Below, piece by piece: positions 51,155 to 52,785 of a stretch of DNA of 52,785 nucleotides (position 1 is its first letter; the number at the start of each line of letters is the position of its first letter). A model generated the notes under the pieces. The model worked only from the letters and a program-made list of their open reading frames with translations, did not search any database and was not told where the DNA came from. The translations under genes were made by a program, and so were the position numbers. The stretch is from positions 1 through 52,785 of the forward strand of contig NW_024705344.1 of NCBI RefSeq assembly GCF_018977255.1, written 5' to 3'. The DNA is from Callorhinchus milii (Eukaryota).

Positions 51155-52119
51155 CTGATCCACTTTGCCTATGTGCTATTAAGAAAGGTAATTGATCGAA
51201 AAGTCGCTTATTATATACTTTTCCTTTCAAGGCAGTGTTATTAACGAATGTGCTTAGTTTTTTTGTTACGTGTGCCCGTGCACCAGTGCCAACAGGGTAG
51301 CAGCATCACCAAAGGACGTGTTCAACGCCGATGACGGTCGTGTGACGGCGTCGCGCGTGCGATCAGCCCGCCCGGCGGTGCGGTGGCAGAGGAGCCGATT
51401 CAAAGATGGGAAATGTACAAAGTCACCATGTCGCGCACTGCCAGATCGCACGCAGCACACACGTACATGACCGTGTTTAAATAGACAATGCGCAATTTAG
51501 TCTGTCAACGAATGGCTCTTCCCAGTGCAGTTTCACAGTACGGTAGTTTTCATCGAAACAAGACAACATCTAGACAGCTTCAAGCGTATCTGTCTCATCA
51601 GCAGGATGCGGCCTCTTAAAAGAAATGGCAATGGGATGCTGACGCTGTTGGCAAGAGTCGATTGCTTGTCAGTTAATTATATCGACATTATTTTAGTTTG
51701 GTGATTAACCAAACGCCTCAACTGTTTATTTATCGCTCATGAGAAGATCGCGGGTTGATATCCGAACGGGGGTCGACTCAGATAAAATGGGTACCAATTT
51801 ATGAGAAGTTAAACGGCGATTGCATCCAGGGACAGATTGGCACCTGCCAGCGACATGAAACTTCCAGCAATGGGTCAGAGCTGCGGATGGAATTACGCAC
51901 GCCCAACACACTCCAGGGATCGCCAGTTCTGGGGTGGTGGTTCATATGGATAATATAATCAGAATATACATTATAATGGAGGCATCCAATGAGCTGTATA
52001 AAGATATTTTTCACTGATGTCCAGTATCAACCACAGGCAAATGCCCCCTGAGTCACCCTGGTTAAATGCACAATACGGTGCATTTAACATAACAATATTA
52101 ATATCAATAAGATGTGAGT

Positions 52120-52340
52120 CGGGCTAAGCCGGGTGGTGTGCGCGTGTGCGGTGTTATTATCACCCCCGTGAGCCCGTCAGCTCGCCGCCGCCGCCGCGCG
52201 GAGCCGCAGAATTAGCGGCGCCGCCGCTCTGATCGCGAACACCTCGGCGCGTGTCAAGCCCCCACCCCTCCCGTGCACGCGTGCCATGGCAACCAGCGCT
52301 GCCGAGGCGACAGCCCCCCCTCCATCTTCCCCCCGGCCGC
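52120..52340. promoter_or_regulatory. CpG-island-like stretch
   Basis: Very GC- and CpG-rich sequence with (GCC)n, adjacent to the terminal tandem repeat. Confidence 0.35.
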
Positions 52341-52785
52341 ACGCCACTCCCCTCCCTCTCCTCCCCCGGGGCACCGCTCACTGCCACCCCTCCCTCTCCT
52401 CCCCCGGGGCACCGCTCACTGCCACCCCCCCCCCTCTCCTCCTCCCCGGGCACCGCTCACCGCCACCCCCTCCCTCTCCTCCCCCGGGGCACCGCTCACC
52501 GCCACCCCCCTCCCCTCTCCTCCCCCGGGGCACCGCTCACCGCCACCCCTCCCTCTCCTCCCCCGGGGCACCGCTCACCGCCACCCCCTCCCTCTCCTCC
52601 CCCGGGGCACCGCTCACCGCCACCCCTCCCTCTCTCCCTCTCCTCCCCCGGGGCACCGCTCACCGCCACCCCCTCCCTCTCCTCCTCTCCTCCCCCCGGG
52701 CACCGCTCACCGCCACCCCTCCCTCTCCTCCCCCGGGGCACCGCTCACCGCCACCCCCTCCCTCTCCTCCCCCGGGGCACCGCCA
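52340..52785. repeat. ~38-bp C-rich minisatellite, ~11 copies, running off the window edge
   Basis: Unit CCCCGGGGCACCGCTCACCGCCACCCCCTCCCTCTCCT with variable C runs. Confidence 0.96.

Overview
The window has two very different parts. Bases 1 to ~22,735 look like random or shuffled sequence: even composition by eye, abundant CpG, no microsatellites, no AT-rich tracts, no recognisable gene or repeat, and only chance-length ORFs. Bases ~22,735-52,785 are repeat-rich animal genomic DNA; V-SINE-like elements and GC-rich minisatellites tentatively suggest a lamprey- or fish-like vertebrate. I found no convincing host exon. This part is dominated by Penelope-like retroelements (PLEs, Poseidon-like; reverse transcriptase plus GIY-YIG endonuclease). 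They include one near-full-length decayed copy with a long inverted 3' arm, two truncated copies, and several tiny ORF-less insertions with 12-13 bp target-site duplications (TSDs). The PLE ends carry minimal hammerhead ribozyme cores (CUGANGA-stem II-GAAACGUC) whose stem II covaries. They also carry a second conserved, covarying stem-loop (CGTGACT..AGTCACG-AAAGC or CGCGATC..GGTCGCG-AAAGC) that encloses the ORF start codon and lies next to the insertion ends. This ribozyme-plus-hairpin module and its palindromic mini-elements are the most interesting system here. Also present: an L2-like LINE with a nested Helentron/HINE-like element, RTE 3' ends and a SINE sharing an RTE tail, a solo LTR nested in a V-SINE, an Academ-like transposase remnant, several SINEs and three tandem repeats. 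All calls come from reading by eye; no searches were run.
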